A stretch of 64,000 nt of DNA from Prevotella sp. (GTDB taxonomy: Bacteria; Bacteroidota; Bacteroidia; Bacteroidales; Bacteroidaceae), in contig JBMNUW010000001.1 of NCBI GenBank assembly GCA_050946475.1, positions 515-64,514 of the forward strand, in the 5' to 3' direction. The position numbers and the translations under genes were made by a program. Under the pieces are notes generated by a model. It worked only from the letters and a program-made list of their open reading frames with translations. It searched no databases and had not been told where the DNA came from. Positions 56,418 to 64,000 of the stretch are shown here, in pieces (the first letter of the stretch is position 1; every line of letters starts with the position of its first letter).

Positions 56418-58586
56418 TTAACTTAGTCTCAGCCTGCACACATCTCCCCTGCGGATGTAGTGTCCGGGATCAAGGCTTTGCTCAACTACCTTGCCTCGGC
56501 CTTCCACGATACACTTCACGCCACGTTGTTCTATCAAATACACGGCATCGCGGGCGCCCATGCCTTTCACATTCGGAATATAGTGCGGGCCGAGTCCGTT
56601 AGCCTTGCGCAGCATCACGCAGTTACGACGTTTTTCGGTAGTACCCCAGATAATGTTCTGCAGAGGTGATGTCATGGCAAAGTTGGCAGAGGTCTTGATG
56701 CCGAGGGTGGAAAGCACGTAATCGGCAGCGAGGATGTTACCGGACTTCACGTCGGGCACAAACTCCGAGGCAGAGTCACGAGCAGCTTTTGCATCAAGCT
56801 TAAGGCTCTTTGCCATGATGCCTTCGGCAATGTGATGGAACACCACTCCACTCATGCCGCCACCCGAAGCGGGCAATCCGCTCTTTTGAATGCAGACGAT
56901 GCAGCTGTAGCGCGGAGCATCGGCGGGGAAGTATCCAGCAAAGGAGAGCAGATAGTTTGTCGTGCCGCTCCTGTAGCCTGCAGCGCCCTTCGACATCTGT
57001 GCTGTTCCGGTCTTACCAGCCACCTGGAATGACGTAGACCCGGCCTTGCGTCCCAGACCCTGACTTACCACATGGTGGAGAATTGTCTGCATGATTTTGA
57101 TGGTCTTCATCGAGGCTATCTGTTCATGACCGACCACCACCTGCGGCGGAAACTCCTTGATAATTTCTCCGTTGCGCACCACAGCTTTTACAAAGCGCGG
57201 TTGCATCATCTTGCCGTTGTTGGCAATAGCATTATAGAAAGTCAGAGTAGAAATGGGCGGTATCTGGGTTTCGTAGCCAATGCTCATCCAAGGCAGTGCC
57301 GTCTTGCTCCAGTTGACGTATTGTCCGTGAGAGTTTTTCTTCGGCATGCGGATGCGAGCGGAAGTGGCTCCCACGATGGGAATGTGCAGGTCGGCTGCCA
57401 AGCCCGTACGATAGATACCACGAACAAACTTCTCCGGATTGTTGTGATAGTATTCGTCTATGATACGACTCACACCGACGTTAGAGCTCACCTCCAGAGT
57501 GTGAGGGAGCGTCATCACACCATAGCCGCCGCGCCGCCAGTTGTGGTCTTTCATCTCACGTCCGTACATGGGCCATATACCTCCGCCGGTATCCACAATC
57601 TTCGTGGTATCGCAATAACCATCTTCCAGCACGGTCATGATTGAGGCGGTCTTGAAAACAGAACCCGGCTCCAACAGGTCACTCACGGCATGGTTCTTTA
57701 TCTCACGGTATTCGCCGTCGATGCATTTCTCCATGTTCACAATGGCCTTGATGTCACCCGTCGCAACTTCCATGACAATGGCAACGCCTACATTACCGTT
57801 GATTTCACGAAGCTCGTCGAGCACGGAGCGTTCTGCCAAATCCTGCATATCCACATCAATGGTAGTCAGGATATCATCACCGTCGGTTGGCGGTGTATCA
57901 GGGATGTCAAGGAATTTATTGAGCACTTTCCGACGGTGCACAATGCCGTCGGTACCACGCAGGATGGAGTCATAACTTAATTCCAGTCCGCAACGAGGCG
58001 TTTTGCCATTGTCCTTCGCAGCATACATATCGCCCACGGTGCGTTGTGCCAGTGAGCCGTTCGGACGAACACGGGAGCTGAGTTCCTCCTGGTGGAATCC
58101 GCCTTTCAGTTTTGACAGACGGAACACAGGCAGAGCCTTCACTTCTGAATAGACATTATATTCTATGCGGTTAGGCCATACTGGCCAGTGTCTTTTCTGT
58201 TGCTTGCGACCTCTTTCCAAGTCGGCTCGAAACTGTGCTGCGCTTTTCTCCGGGAAGATGTTGTGCAATCCATTGCAGATGCTGTCCAATTTGGCTACCC
58301 AGAGCGAGTCGTTACCCGTATCATGCAAGGTCTTAAAATCCATGTATATCTTGAATTCGGGTAACGACGAGGCCAGCAGTTCTCCATCGCAACTGAGGAT
58401 GTTGCCGCGAGCAGGGTCCACCCGCACGCTGTCCCTCTTCACCCGGTCGGCCACTTGAGACCAATAGCTGCGTTTTACCGTCATCAAATATCCGGCTCTG
58501 CCAACCACGGCGACGGACATGAGCGTCATCACTATGGCGATGAGCGAATAGCGCGGCATGATTTTATCGTAATTGAACTTAGCCAT
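56418..58586 (-). CDS. ftsI: Penicillin-binding protein (FtsI/PBP3-like transpeptidase) with C-terminal PASTA domain
   Basis: SxxK (GSVFKT), SxN (VSSNVG) and KTG (AGKTGTA) motifs. N-terminal TM anchor. Confidence 0.95.
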   Translation of the reverse strand: MAKFNYDKIMPRYSLIAIVMTLMSVAVVGRAGYLMTVKRSYWSQVADRVKRDSVRVDPARGNILSCDGELLASSLPEFKIYMDFKTLHDTGNDSLWVAKLDSICNGLHNIFPEKSAAQFRADLERGRKQQKRHWPVWPNRIEYNVYSEVKALPVFRLSKLKGGFHQEELSSRVRPNGSLAQRTVGDMYAAKDNGKTPRCGLELSYDSILRGTDGIVHRRKVLNKFLDIPDTPPTDGDDILTTIDVDMQDLAERSVLDELREINGNVGVAIVMEVATGDIKAIVNMEKCIDGEYREIKNHAVSDLLEPGSVFKTASIMTVLEDGYCDTTKIVDTGGGIWPMYGREMKDHNWRRGGYGVMTLPHTLEVSSNVGVSRIIDEYYHNNPEKFVRGIYRTGLAADLHIPIVGATSARIRMPKKNSHGQYVNWSKTALPWMSIGYETQIPPISTLTFYNAIANNGKMMQPRFVKAVVRNGEIIKEFPPQVVVGHEQIASMKTIKIMQTILHHVVSQGLGRKAGSTSFQVAGKTGTAQMSKGAAGYRSGTTNYLLSFAGYFPADAPRYSCIVCIQKSGLPASGGGMSGVVFHHIAEGIMAKSLKLDAKAARDSASEFVPDVKSGNILAADYVLSTLGIKTSANFAMTSPLQNIIWGTTEKRRNCVMLRKANGLGPHYIPNVKGMGARDAVYLIEQRGVKCIVEGRGKVVEQSLDPGHYIRRGDVCRLRLS

Positions 58587-58697
58587 TTATTCTGTATATA
58601 TTATTGTACTTCGTACTTTCAACTTTTACCATTTGTCTTTCGACAGAAATTAGTCATGTTGTCAGCGACCTTATATATAAAATAGGTGCCCGGCGTA

Positions 58698-59273
58698 TCA
58701 GTTATTGCTCTCGCTCTCCGGCACCTGGATAATATAGGGTGGCTGACTGGCTATCTTCAACACACTGTCCTTGTTGTTCTTCAGCATGTCAAGCACATTG
58801 CTCTCGCGGCTTTTCTCCGTAATCTGACTGCGACTGGACAAAGCCTTGTATTTGGCATCCTTGAGCTCTCGTTGCAGCTTGTCTATCTCAATGATTTTCT
58901 GCTGGCAGGCGTAACGACTCGAAATGTAAACGATGGCAAAGAAAGTGATGAGAAGCACCACACCAATCTGCCTGCGCACGAAGGTGGTGTTCAGCATGTC
59001 ACCTCCCAGAATCTTGCGCAACGTGAAGTTACGCGAGAAGGGTGACTCGCCTTCCGTTACCTGCTCGGCTATCACGCGCTTGAGCGAAAGAGCATCGGAA
59101 TCGGATTCCTTCGCGTCCGTTTCCCTCTGCTTTTCATCGCCGGGAGCAGTTACCTGGCTGTCATCTTTTTGCTTGGCAGCCGTATTCTGCTCTGCATCGT
59201 CGCGTTCCGTATTCGTGGTGTCGGCAGTTGTCGGTTGGTTCTTTTTCTCGTCTGTCATCGTCTTCACTTCCAT
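58698..59273 (-). CDS. ftsL: FtsL-like cell division protein with acidic N-terminal extension
   Basis: Single TM (IGVVLLITFFAIVYISS) followed by a coiled-coil segment. Position between rsmH and ftsI. An alternative ATG lies at 59258. Confidence 0.7.
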   Translation of the reverse strand: MEVKTMTDEKKNQPTTADTTNTERDDAEQNTAAKQKDDSQVTAPGDEKQRETDAKESDSDALSLKRVIAEQVTEGESPFSRNFTLRKILGGDMLNTTFVRRQIGVVLLITFFAIVYISSRYACQQKIIEIDKLQRELKDAKYKALSSRSQITEKSRESNVLDMLKNNKDSVLKIASQPPYIIQVPESESNN

Positions 59274-59300
59274 TCTCCCCCAGCGGGGGTATTCGTTTAC

Positions 59301-60215
59301 TTATTTTTTCTCTGCTATTCTAAGTTTTGCGCTTCGACTCCTGGGATTGCGTTCCTGCTCTTCCTCAGAAGGCACTGTCACCTTGTTGTTCACCAGTCGG
59401 AAGGGGCAACTGCTCTGTCCGAAAAAGTCGCGCTCCACCCTGCCTTCGGCGTTACCGCTCTTCATCACATTTTTCACGATGCGGTCTTCGAGCGAATGGT
59501 AGGTTATCACGGAGAGCCTTCCACCGGGATTGAGCAGTCGTGTGGCGGCGGCAAGCATTTCCTTAAGGGCGGCCATCTCCTGGTTCACCTCTATGCGAAG
59601 GGCTTGGAAAAGCTTAGCCATGTCCTTCTTCTCATGACCATGCTGCAACAGCGGTTCCACTACGGTGACAAGGTCGCCTGTAGTTTCCACGGGCTTCCGG
59701 ACACGAGCCTTAACTACAGCGGCTGCCAAACGGCGAGCCTGGCGCAATTCTCCGTACAGGAAGAAGATATCGGCCAACTGCTGTTCCTCGGCGTTATTCA
59801 CCAGGTCGGCCGCCGTAAGCTGCGCCTGCTTGTTCATGCGCATGTCAAGAGGAGCGTCAAAGCGGAAAGAAAAACCGCGCGTTTCGTCGTCGAAATGATG
59901 ACTAGACACGCCGAGATCGGCCAACAGACCGTCTATTCCTTCCACACCGTAATAGCGCATCCAGTTTGAAAGATAACGGAAATTGGACCGCACGAAAGTG
60001 AAGCGGCTATCGTCAATGGCATTGCGTTCGGCATCGGCATCCTGGTCAAAACCGTAGAGATGACCATCGGGACCCAGACGTGAGAGCAACTCGCGCGAAT
60101 GTCCGCCACCACCGAAGGTCACGTCGACATAGACGCCACCGGGCTTCACGTCCAGTCCGTCGATACTCTCGCGCAGCAACACGGGAACATGATAAGTTTC
60201 TGCTGTCTTTATCAT
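59301..60215 (-). CDS. rsmH: 16S rRNA (cytosine1402-N4)-methyltransferase
   Basis: YHVPVLLRESIDGL N-terminus, SAM-binding DVTFGGGGHS and ITYHSLEDRIVK. Confidence 0.96.
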   Translation of the reverse strand: MIKTAETYHVPVLLRESIDGLDVKPGGVYVDVTFGGGGHSRELLSRLGPDGHLYGFDQDADAERNAIDDSRFTFVRSNFRYLSNWMRYYGVEGIDGLLADLGVSSHHFDDETRGFSFRFDAPLDMRMNKQAQLTAADLVNNAEEQQLADIFFLYGELRQARRLAAAVVKARVRKPVETTGDLVTVVEPLLQHGHEKKDMAKLFQALRIEVNQEMAALKEMLAAATRLLNPGGRLSVITYHSLEDRIVKNVMKSGNAEGRVERDFFGQSSCPFRLVNNKVTVPSEEEQERNPRSRSAKLRIAEKK

Positions 60216-60251
60216 TGTTGTTGGTCTGTTTCTATATTCGGTTCGTCAAGG

Positions 60252-60725
60252 TCACGCTCCAGCCTTGTCACCCATCAACTGTTGAAGAGCCTCACCAAAG
60301 TCTTCGGAGCTCATGAAGAGGTCGTCGGTCCCTTCGTCTCCGCCGGCGGTGTCGTCTGGCCATATCTCTATCGTGTCACCCATACCCACGAAACGTATCT
60401 GCTGACCTATGCCGACAGCATCGAGAAAGGTGCGCGGTATGAGAATGCGACCGTTGCCGTCCATCGAGAGGTCGGTCACACCGGAGACAAACTTGCGGAA
60501 CACCATCTGCTGCTGACGGTCCCAGCGCGAAAGACGTGCCCTCATCTCGTCCATCTCGGCGTTCCATATCTGCCTGGGATAAATCACCAGGCAATTTTCA
60601 AAGATGTCGCGACGAAGCACAAGACCCTCCTCGCCAGATGCTGCCAGCACCTTGCGGAATGTAGATGGCAGAAAGGCACGTCCCTTCGCATCCATTTTGG
60701 CCTCTATGTTTCCTAAAAATCGCAT
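60252..60725 (-). CDS. mraZ: Division/cell wall cluster transcriptional regulator MraZ
   Basis: ATG 60725 (MRFLGNIEAKMDAKGRAFLPSTFRKVL). Duplicated SpoVT/AbrB-like halves, the second containing DGNGRILIPRTF. Confidence 0.93.
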   Translation of the reverse strand: MRFLGNIEAKMDAKGRAFLPSTFRKVLAASGEEGLVLRRDIFENCLVIYPRQIWNAEMDEMRARLSRWDRQQQMVFRKFVSGVTDLSMDGNGRILIPRTFLDAVGIGQQIRFVGMGDTIEIWPDDTAGGDEGTDDLFMSSEDFGEALQQLMGDKAGA

Positions 60726-60754
60726 ATGCACATCTTATATAAGGAATTTTGCCC

Positions 60755-60762
60755 CAAAGTTA
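60755..60762 (-). promoter_or_regulatory. -7 promoter element (TAACTTTG) of the dcw (mraZ) promoter
   Basis: The + strand reads CAAAGTTA, 30 nt upstream of the mraZ ATG. Confidence 0.5.
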
Positions 60763-60772
60763 CACAAAATTC

Positions 60773-60797
60773 CCCACTTCCACCCACTTTGCCCCAC
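60773..60797 (-). promoter_or_regulatory. Putative MraZ operator: three GTGGG direct repeats at 10-bp phasing
   Basis: The minus strand reads GTGGGGCAAA GTGGGTGGAA GTGGGGA. CCCAC on the + strand sits at 60773, 60783 and 60793. The operator ends 10 nt upstream of the -7 box. Confidence 0.6.
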
Positions 60798-61352
60798 AAA
60801 TTTTATTGAAAATGGATTATTTATACAATAGCAAGTTTGATAAGCCTCATAAATGTCAATCTTCCAATAGTCTTTTCACTCTCTTGAAAGGAGACAAAAA
60901 AAGGCTGGAAGATAGAGCGAAATAGCGCTGAAGAAGAGCAAAATTATTGCGCTCGCAGAAAATAAAACGAAAATAGCACACAATCACGTTATCGTACGAC
61001 AAATTGGAATCCGAAACATGGAAACGTAACTGACACGAGCACATGAAAACGCAGCTGACAGCTGCCTGATTATAGGCGCACCTTCAAAAGAGCTGCGCCT
61101 GAAAGGCGCAACCCCATGACAGGTCTGTTGCCATGAAGAAGACTGCGCCTTCCAAACAATGATTTCAAAATTAAAATTTACCGGTCACTATCACCCATGC
61201 TTTTTGCCTCAAAAATAACATGTTCTGAAACTATACTTTTATGCATCATGATGAATACACGCGATAAATACAGTTATTCTCGGCGAATCAAAGGAATTTG
61301 TGATATCAACAATACTGATTGACATTGTCTAACAACAAGCAGGATGTCTTGT

Positions 61353-61528
61353 CCCACCTGGGGCATGATTAAGACCCAGCTGGGAAATGATTGAGTCCCA
61401 CCTGGGAAACAATCGTGTCCCACGTGGGGCTCGATCTTCTCCCACTTGGGGCACAATCGTGTCTCAGCTGGGAAACGATGTAAAGATATATCATTTACAA
61501 TGTAAAAATACATCATTTACAATGCCAA
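61353..61528. repeat. Strictly phased 8 x 22-bp tandem array (6 units with a CCCAnnTGGG core + 2 units with an ATCATTTACAATG core)
   Basis: Units start at 61353, 61375, 61397, 61419, 61441, 61463, 61485 and 61507. Cores are CCCACCTGGG, CCCAGCTGGG, CCCACCTGGG, CCCACGTGGG, CCCACTTGGG and CTCAGCTGGG. Confidence 0.85.
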
Positions 61529-61662
61529 AAGGTAAGATTCACCCTATCAGGAACCATTGTTAACAGCTACAAGCTCAACATTGTCAGCAACAAAACATAT
61601 TGTCATTCGAGCTGCACATCTATAAATATTATTAATTTCGATGCTATCTCACGATTTTTATC

Positions 61663-61670
61663 TAATTTTG
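61663..61670 (+). promoter_or_regulatory. -7 promoter element (TAATTTTG) for dut
   Basis: Exact TAnnTTTG match 18 nt upstream of ATG 61688. Confidence 0.45.
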
Positions 61671-61687
61671 TATCTAAATCCTTTCAA

Positions 61688-62125
61688 ATGATACAGATAA
61701 GAGTAATCAACAAGGGCCATCAACCCCTGCCAGCCTACGCTACAGAAGACAGCGCAGGACTTGACTTGCGTGCAAATATCACCGATTCCATCGTGCTTCA
61801 TCCATTAGAACGACGCCTCATTCCTACCGGTCTGCACATCGCTTTGCCCAAAGGCTATGAGGCACAAGTGCGCCCGAGAAGCGGACTGGCTCTGAAACAC
61901 GGCATCACCGTCATCAACACGCCCGGTACCATTGACGCCGACTACCGCGGTGAAGTGATGGTGGCACTGGTGAACCTCTCCAACGAGGATTTCACCATCA
62001 ACGACGGCGAGCGCATTGCGCAGATGGTCATCGCCCAGTACACAAAGGTGGACTTTCAGCTCGTGGAAGAGCTTGATGAAACTGAACGCGGCGAAGGCGG
62101 ATACGGACACACCGGACTGAAATAA
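61688..62125 (+). CDS. dut: dUTP diphosphatase
   Basis: 145 aa. Motifs [29 protein letters not shown] and a C-terminal GGYGHTG. Confidence 0.96.
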   Translation: MIQIRVINKGHQPLPAYATEDSAGLDLRANITDSIVLHPLERRLIPTGLHIALPKGYEAQVRPRSGLALKHGITVINTPGTIDADYRGEVMVALVNLSNEDFTINDGERIAQMVIAQYTKVDFQLVEELDETERGEGGYGHTGLK

Positions 62126-62141
62126 AAATAGCACCAACAAA

Positions 62142-63929
62142 ATGAAGTGGACTCATAGACTTCTCCTCTTTTTCTTCACCTTCCTGCTCGTCTTTGCAGC
62201 CGGAGGTAACGCTTCTGCGCAGAAACGGAAGAAAGCAGCGGAGATATCGGTGAAACCGGACGTTTTCACCGATAAGCTGTCACCCAACGACAGGCAACGC
62301 TTCCAATACTTTTTCCTCGAAGCCACCCGGCAACAGGAGGCAGGACATCTTGCTGCAGCCTACGACTTATTGTGCCATTGCGAGAAAATAGACAGCACCT
62401 CGGCAACCGTCCAATACATGAAGGCGATGTATCTCTCCATCCTACGCAAAGACAGTCTCGCTCTCAACGCACTGGAAAGAGCTGCCGCTCTCAGTCCGCA
62501 CAACAATACCTTCCAGGAGAAATTAGCCCAATACTATCTCGCATCACAGAAATACGACAAAGCCACTGAGGTGTATGAACGGCTAGCCCGTGACAACAGA
62601 GACAGGACCGATATTCTCAACATCCTCGTGCGCCTCTATCAAAATTCCAAGGAATACGAGAAAATGCTTTCTGCCATCAACCGTATCGAGCAAGTGGAAG
62701 GGGAAAGTGAGCAGATAACGCTCTCCAAAATGAACGTTTACGAAATGATGGGCGACAAAAAACGCGCCTACAAGGCTCTCAAGGCCATGGCCGACGAGCA
62801 TGCTGAAGACGTGAACTATCAAGTGATGCTCGGCAACTGGTTCATGCAAAATAACAAGCAAAAAAACGCTTACAAAATCTTCCGCAAGGCCGTGGAAGAG
62901 GAGCCAGACAACACCTATGCCCTCAGTTCTCTCTACGACTATTACAATACAACGGGACAGAAAGACCTCGCCAAGCAGATGTCCGACCGTATTCTGACGG
63001 AACCTTCTACGCCGTCCGACACCCGCATTCAATTCCTGAAACAGGCCATTAGAGAGAACGACTTACAAAAGGGTGACAGCACAGAAATTGTCGATCTCAT
63101 CGAGAAAATACAACAGGTGGTGCCCAAGGATTCGACCGTGGCTGAACTCAAAGTAATCTACCTGTCGACGAAGAAATTCCCGCAACAACAGATAGACAGT
63201 TCCCTTGTGGACCTTCTCAATATCACGCCCGACAATGCCCCTGCACGACTGCAACTCATACAGAATGCTTGGCCGAAGCAGGACTGGGCGAAGATAGACA
63301 GTCTCAGCGAGCCGGGAATGCTCTACAATCCCGATGAATTGGCGTTTTATTACTTCACAGGGCTTGCCCGGTTTTATCAGAAAGACGACAAGGGTGCCCT
63401 CAACGCCTTCCAGCACGGAACGGCGCAAATCAACGCCCAAAGCAATCCAGACATCGTGGCTGACTTCTATGCCATCATGGCGGATATCTACTATCAGCAA
63501 GGAGAACGAGAGAAAGCCTTCGCCGCATTTGACAGTTGTCTGACCTGGAAGCCTGACTACACAATGGCGCTGAACAACTATGCCTACTACCTCTCCGTAA
63601 CAGACGGCGACTTGAAAAAGGCTGAGGAAATGAGTGCCAAGACCATCAAGTCCGAGCCGAAGAATGCGACCTTTCTTGATACCTATGCATGGGTCCTCTT
63701 CAAACAGGGACGTTACACTGAGGCCCGCATCTACATAGACCAGGCACTTGTCAACGACACCGATACAACTCTCAGTGCTGACGTGCTGGAACATGCCGGC
63801 GACATCTACTTGAAATTGAACGAGCGGCAAAAAGCCATCGACTTCTGGCAAAAAGCTATCGATGCCGATTCTGAAAAAGCCGCCGACCTCAAAAAGAAAA
63901 TAGAAACAACAAGAAAAAAGAGAAAATGA
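62142..63929 (+). CDS. Tetratricopeptide repeat protein (secreted)
   Basis: Signal-like N-terminus (LLLFFFTFLLVFAAGGNASA). Multiple TPR-like A/Y/L-periodic helices. Lys-rich tail. Confidence 0.8.
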   Translation: MKWTHRLLLFFFTFLLVFAAGGNASAQKRKKAAEISVKPDVFTDKLSPNDRQRFQYFFLEATRQQEAGHLAAAYDLLCHCEKIDSTSATVQYMKAMYLSILRKDSLALNALERAAALSPHNNTFQEKLAQYYLASQKYDKATEVYERLARDNRDRTDILNILVRLYQNSKEYEKMLSAINRIEQVEGESEQITLSKMNVYEMMGDKKRAYKALKAMADEHAEDVNYQVMLGNWFMQNNKQKNAYKIFRKAVEEEPDNTYALSSLYDYYNTTGQKDLAKQMSDRILTEPSTPSDTRIQFLKQAIRENDLQKGDSTEIVDLIEKIQQVVPKDSTVAELKVIYLSTKKFPQQQIDSSLVDLLNITPDNAPARLQLIQNAWPKQDWAKIDSLSEPGMLYNPDELAFYYFTGLARFYQKDDKGALNAFQHGTAQINAQSNPDIVADFYAIMADIYYQQGEREKAFAAFDSCLTWKPDYTMALNNYAYYLSVTDGDLKKAEEMSAKTIKSEPKNATFLDTYAWVLFKQGRYTEARIYIDQALVNDTDTTLSADVLEHAGDIYLKLNERQKAIDFWQKAIDADSEKAADLKKKIETTRKKRK

Positions 63930-64000
63930 AACATAGCTTTCAACTCCTCATGCTCGGCGCAGTGCTGTTTCTCGCATCGTGCGGAGCCAAGAAAAACCTG
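63926..64000 (+). CDS. Lipoprotein, N-terminal fragment (3' end outside window)
   Basis: The ATG overlaps the TPR gene stop (ATGA). MKHSFQLLMLGAVLFLASCGAKKNL has a lipobox LASC. Confidence 0.55.
   Translation, partial: MKHSFQLLMLGAVLFLASCGAKKNL

Noticed and set aside
61274-61516. 80-aa minus-strand ORF covering the 22-bp array
   Set aside because: The repeat period (22 bp) is not divisible by 3, so the repeat is not maintained at the peptide level. The ORF is most likely fortuitous.
61353-61528. CRISPR array hypothesis for the 22-bp arrays (also 17267-17354)
   Set aside because: The repeats are contiguous with no unique spacers. They are shorter than CRISPR repeats and degenerate between units. 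No cas genes are in the window.
1-64000. Mobile genetic elements, prophage, defence islands or toxin-antitoxin pairs
   Set aside because: No transposase, integrase, recombinase, phage structural, restriction-modification, cas, Abi or TA-like ORFs are recognisable. The gene content is housekeeping, with conserved Bacteroidales synteny (ddl-rluD-PASTA, ackA-pta, the dcw cluster, dut-TPR-lipoprotein).

Overview
This 64-kb window looks like core chromosome of a Bacteroidales bacterium, probably Prevotella/Segatella-like. That guess rests on protein motifs and on recurrent TAnnTTTG -7 promoter boxes. I cannot run a database search, so all homology calls come from motif recognition. I support about 60 CDS, one tRNA-Glu and one gene missing from the ORF track (rpmH, 51 aa).

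Gene content, left to right:
- Cell-wall and translation genes: ltaE (partial), a lipoprotein, ddl, rluD and a PASTA protein.
- A five-gene Cu/Ag-type RND efflux locus on the minus strand: a HYC_CC_PP-like protein, a long CusA, TolC, an adaptor and a secreted HMA protein.
- Housekeeping genes: rpmH, efp, a GT2 glycosyltransferase, radC, murF, folP, a DUF4252 protein, kdgK, a BI-1 protein, an AraC regulator, an M20 hydrolase, an acyl-CoA ligase, prfB, a CYTH protein and a VanZ protein.
- Two tandem SNF transporters, then ackA-pta, cdaA, sufT, lpxH, GH95 plus an unknown partner, gyrB, rpsT with tRNA-Glu, recO and yqeY.
- A complete dcw cluster on the minus strand (43.9-60.7 kb): mraZ-rsmH-ftsL-ftsI-murE-mraY-murD-ftsW-murG-murC-ftsQ-ftsA-ftsZ.
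- Finally dut, a TPR protein and the start of a lipoprotein.

I found no transposase, integrase, phage, CRISPR-cas or recognisable defence genes. I see no convincing novel protein-coding system. The unexplained signal is non-coding:
1. A 962-bp mraZ-dut spacer holds a textbook-like MraZ operator (3 x GTGGG at 10-bp phasing). About 600 bp further upstream sits a strictly phased 8 x 22-bp tandem array with CCCAnnTGGG cores.
2. A second, unrelated 22-bp array lies in the murF-folP spacer.
3. A REP-like family of C/G-tract hairpins occurs in two spacers. One pair is inserted inside the dcw operon.
4. TATG(A/C)AT heptamer arrays sit at five gene 3' ends. They donate the identical C-terminal IHNS-stop to two unrelated genes.
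5. A perfect 50-bp palindrome is built from the folP 3' coding end.
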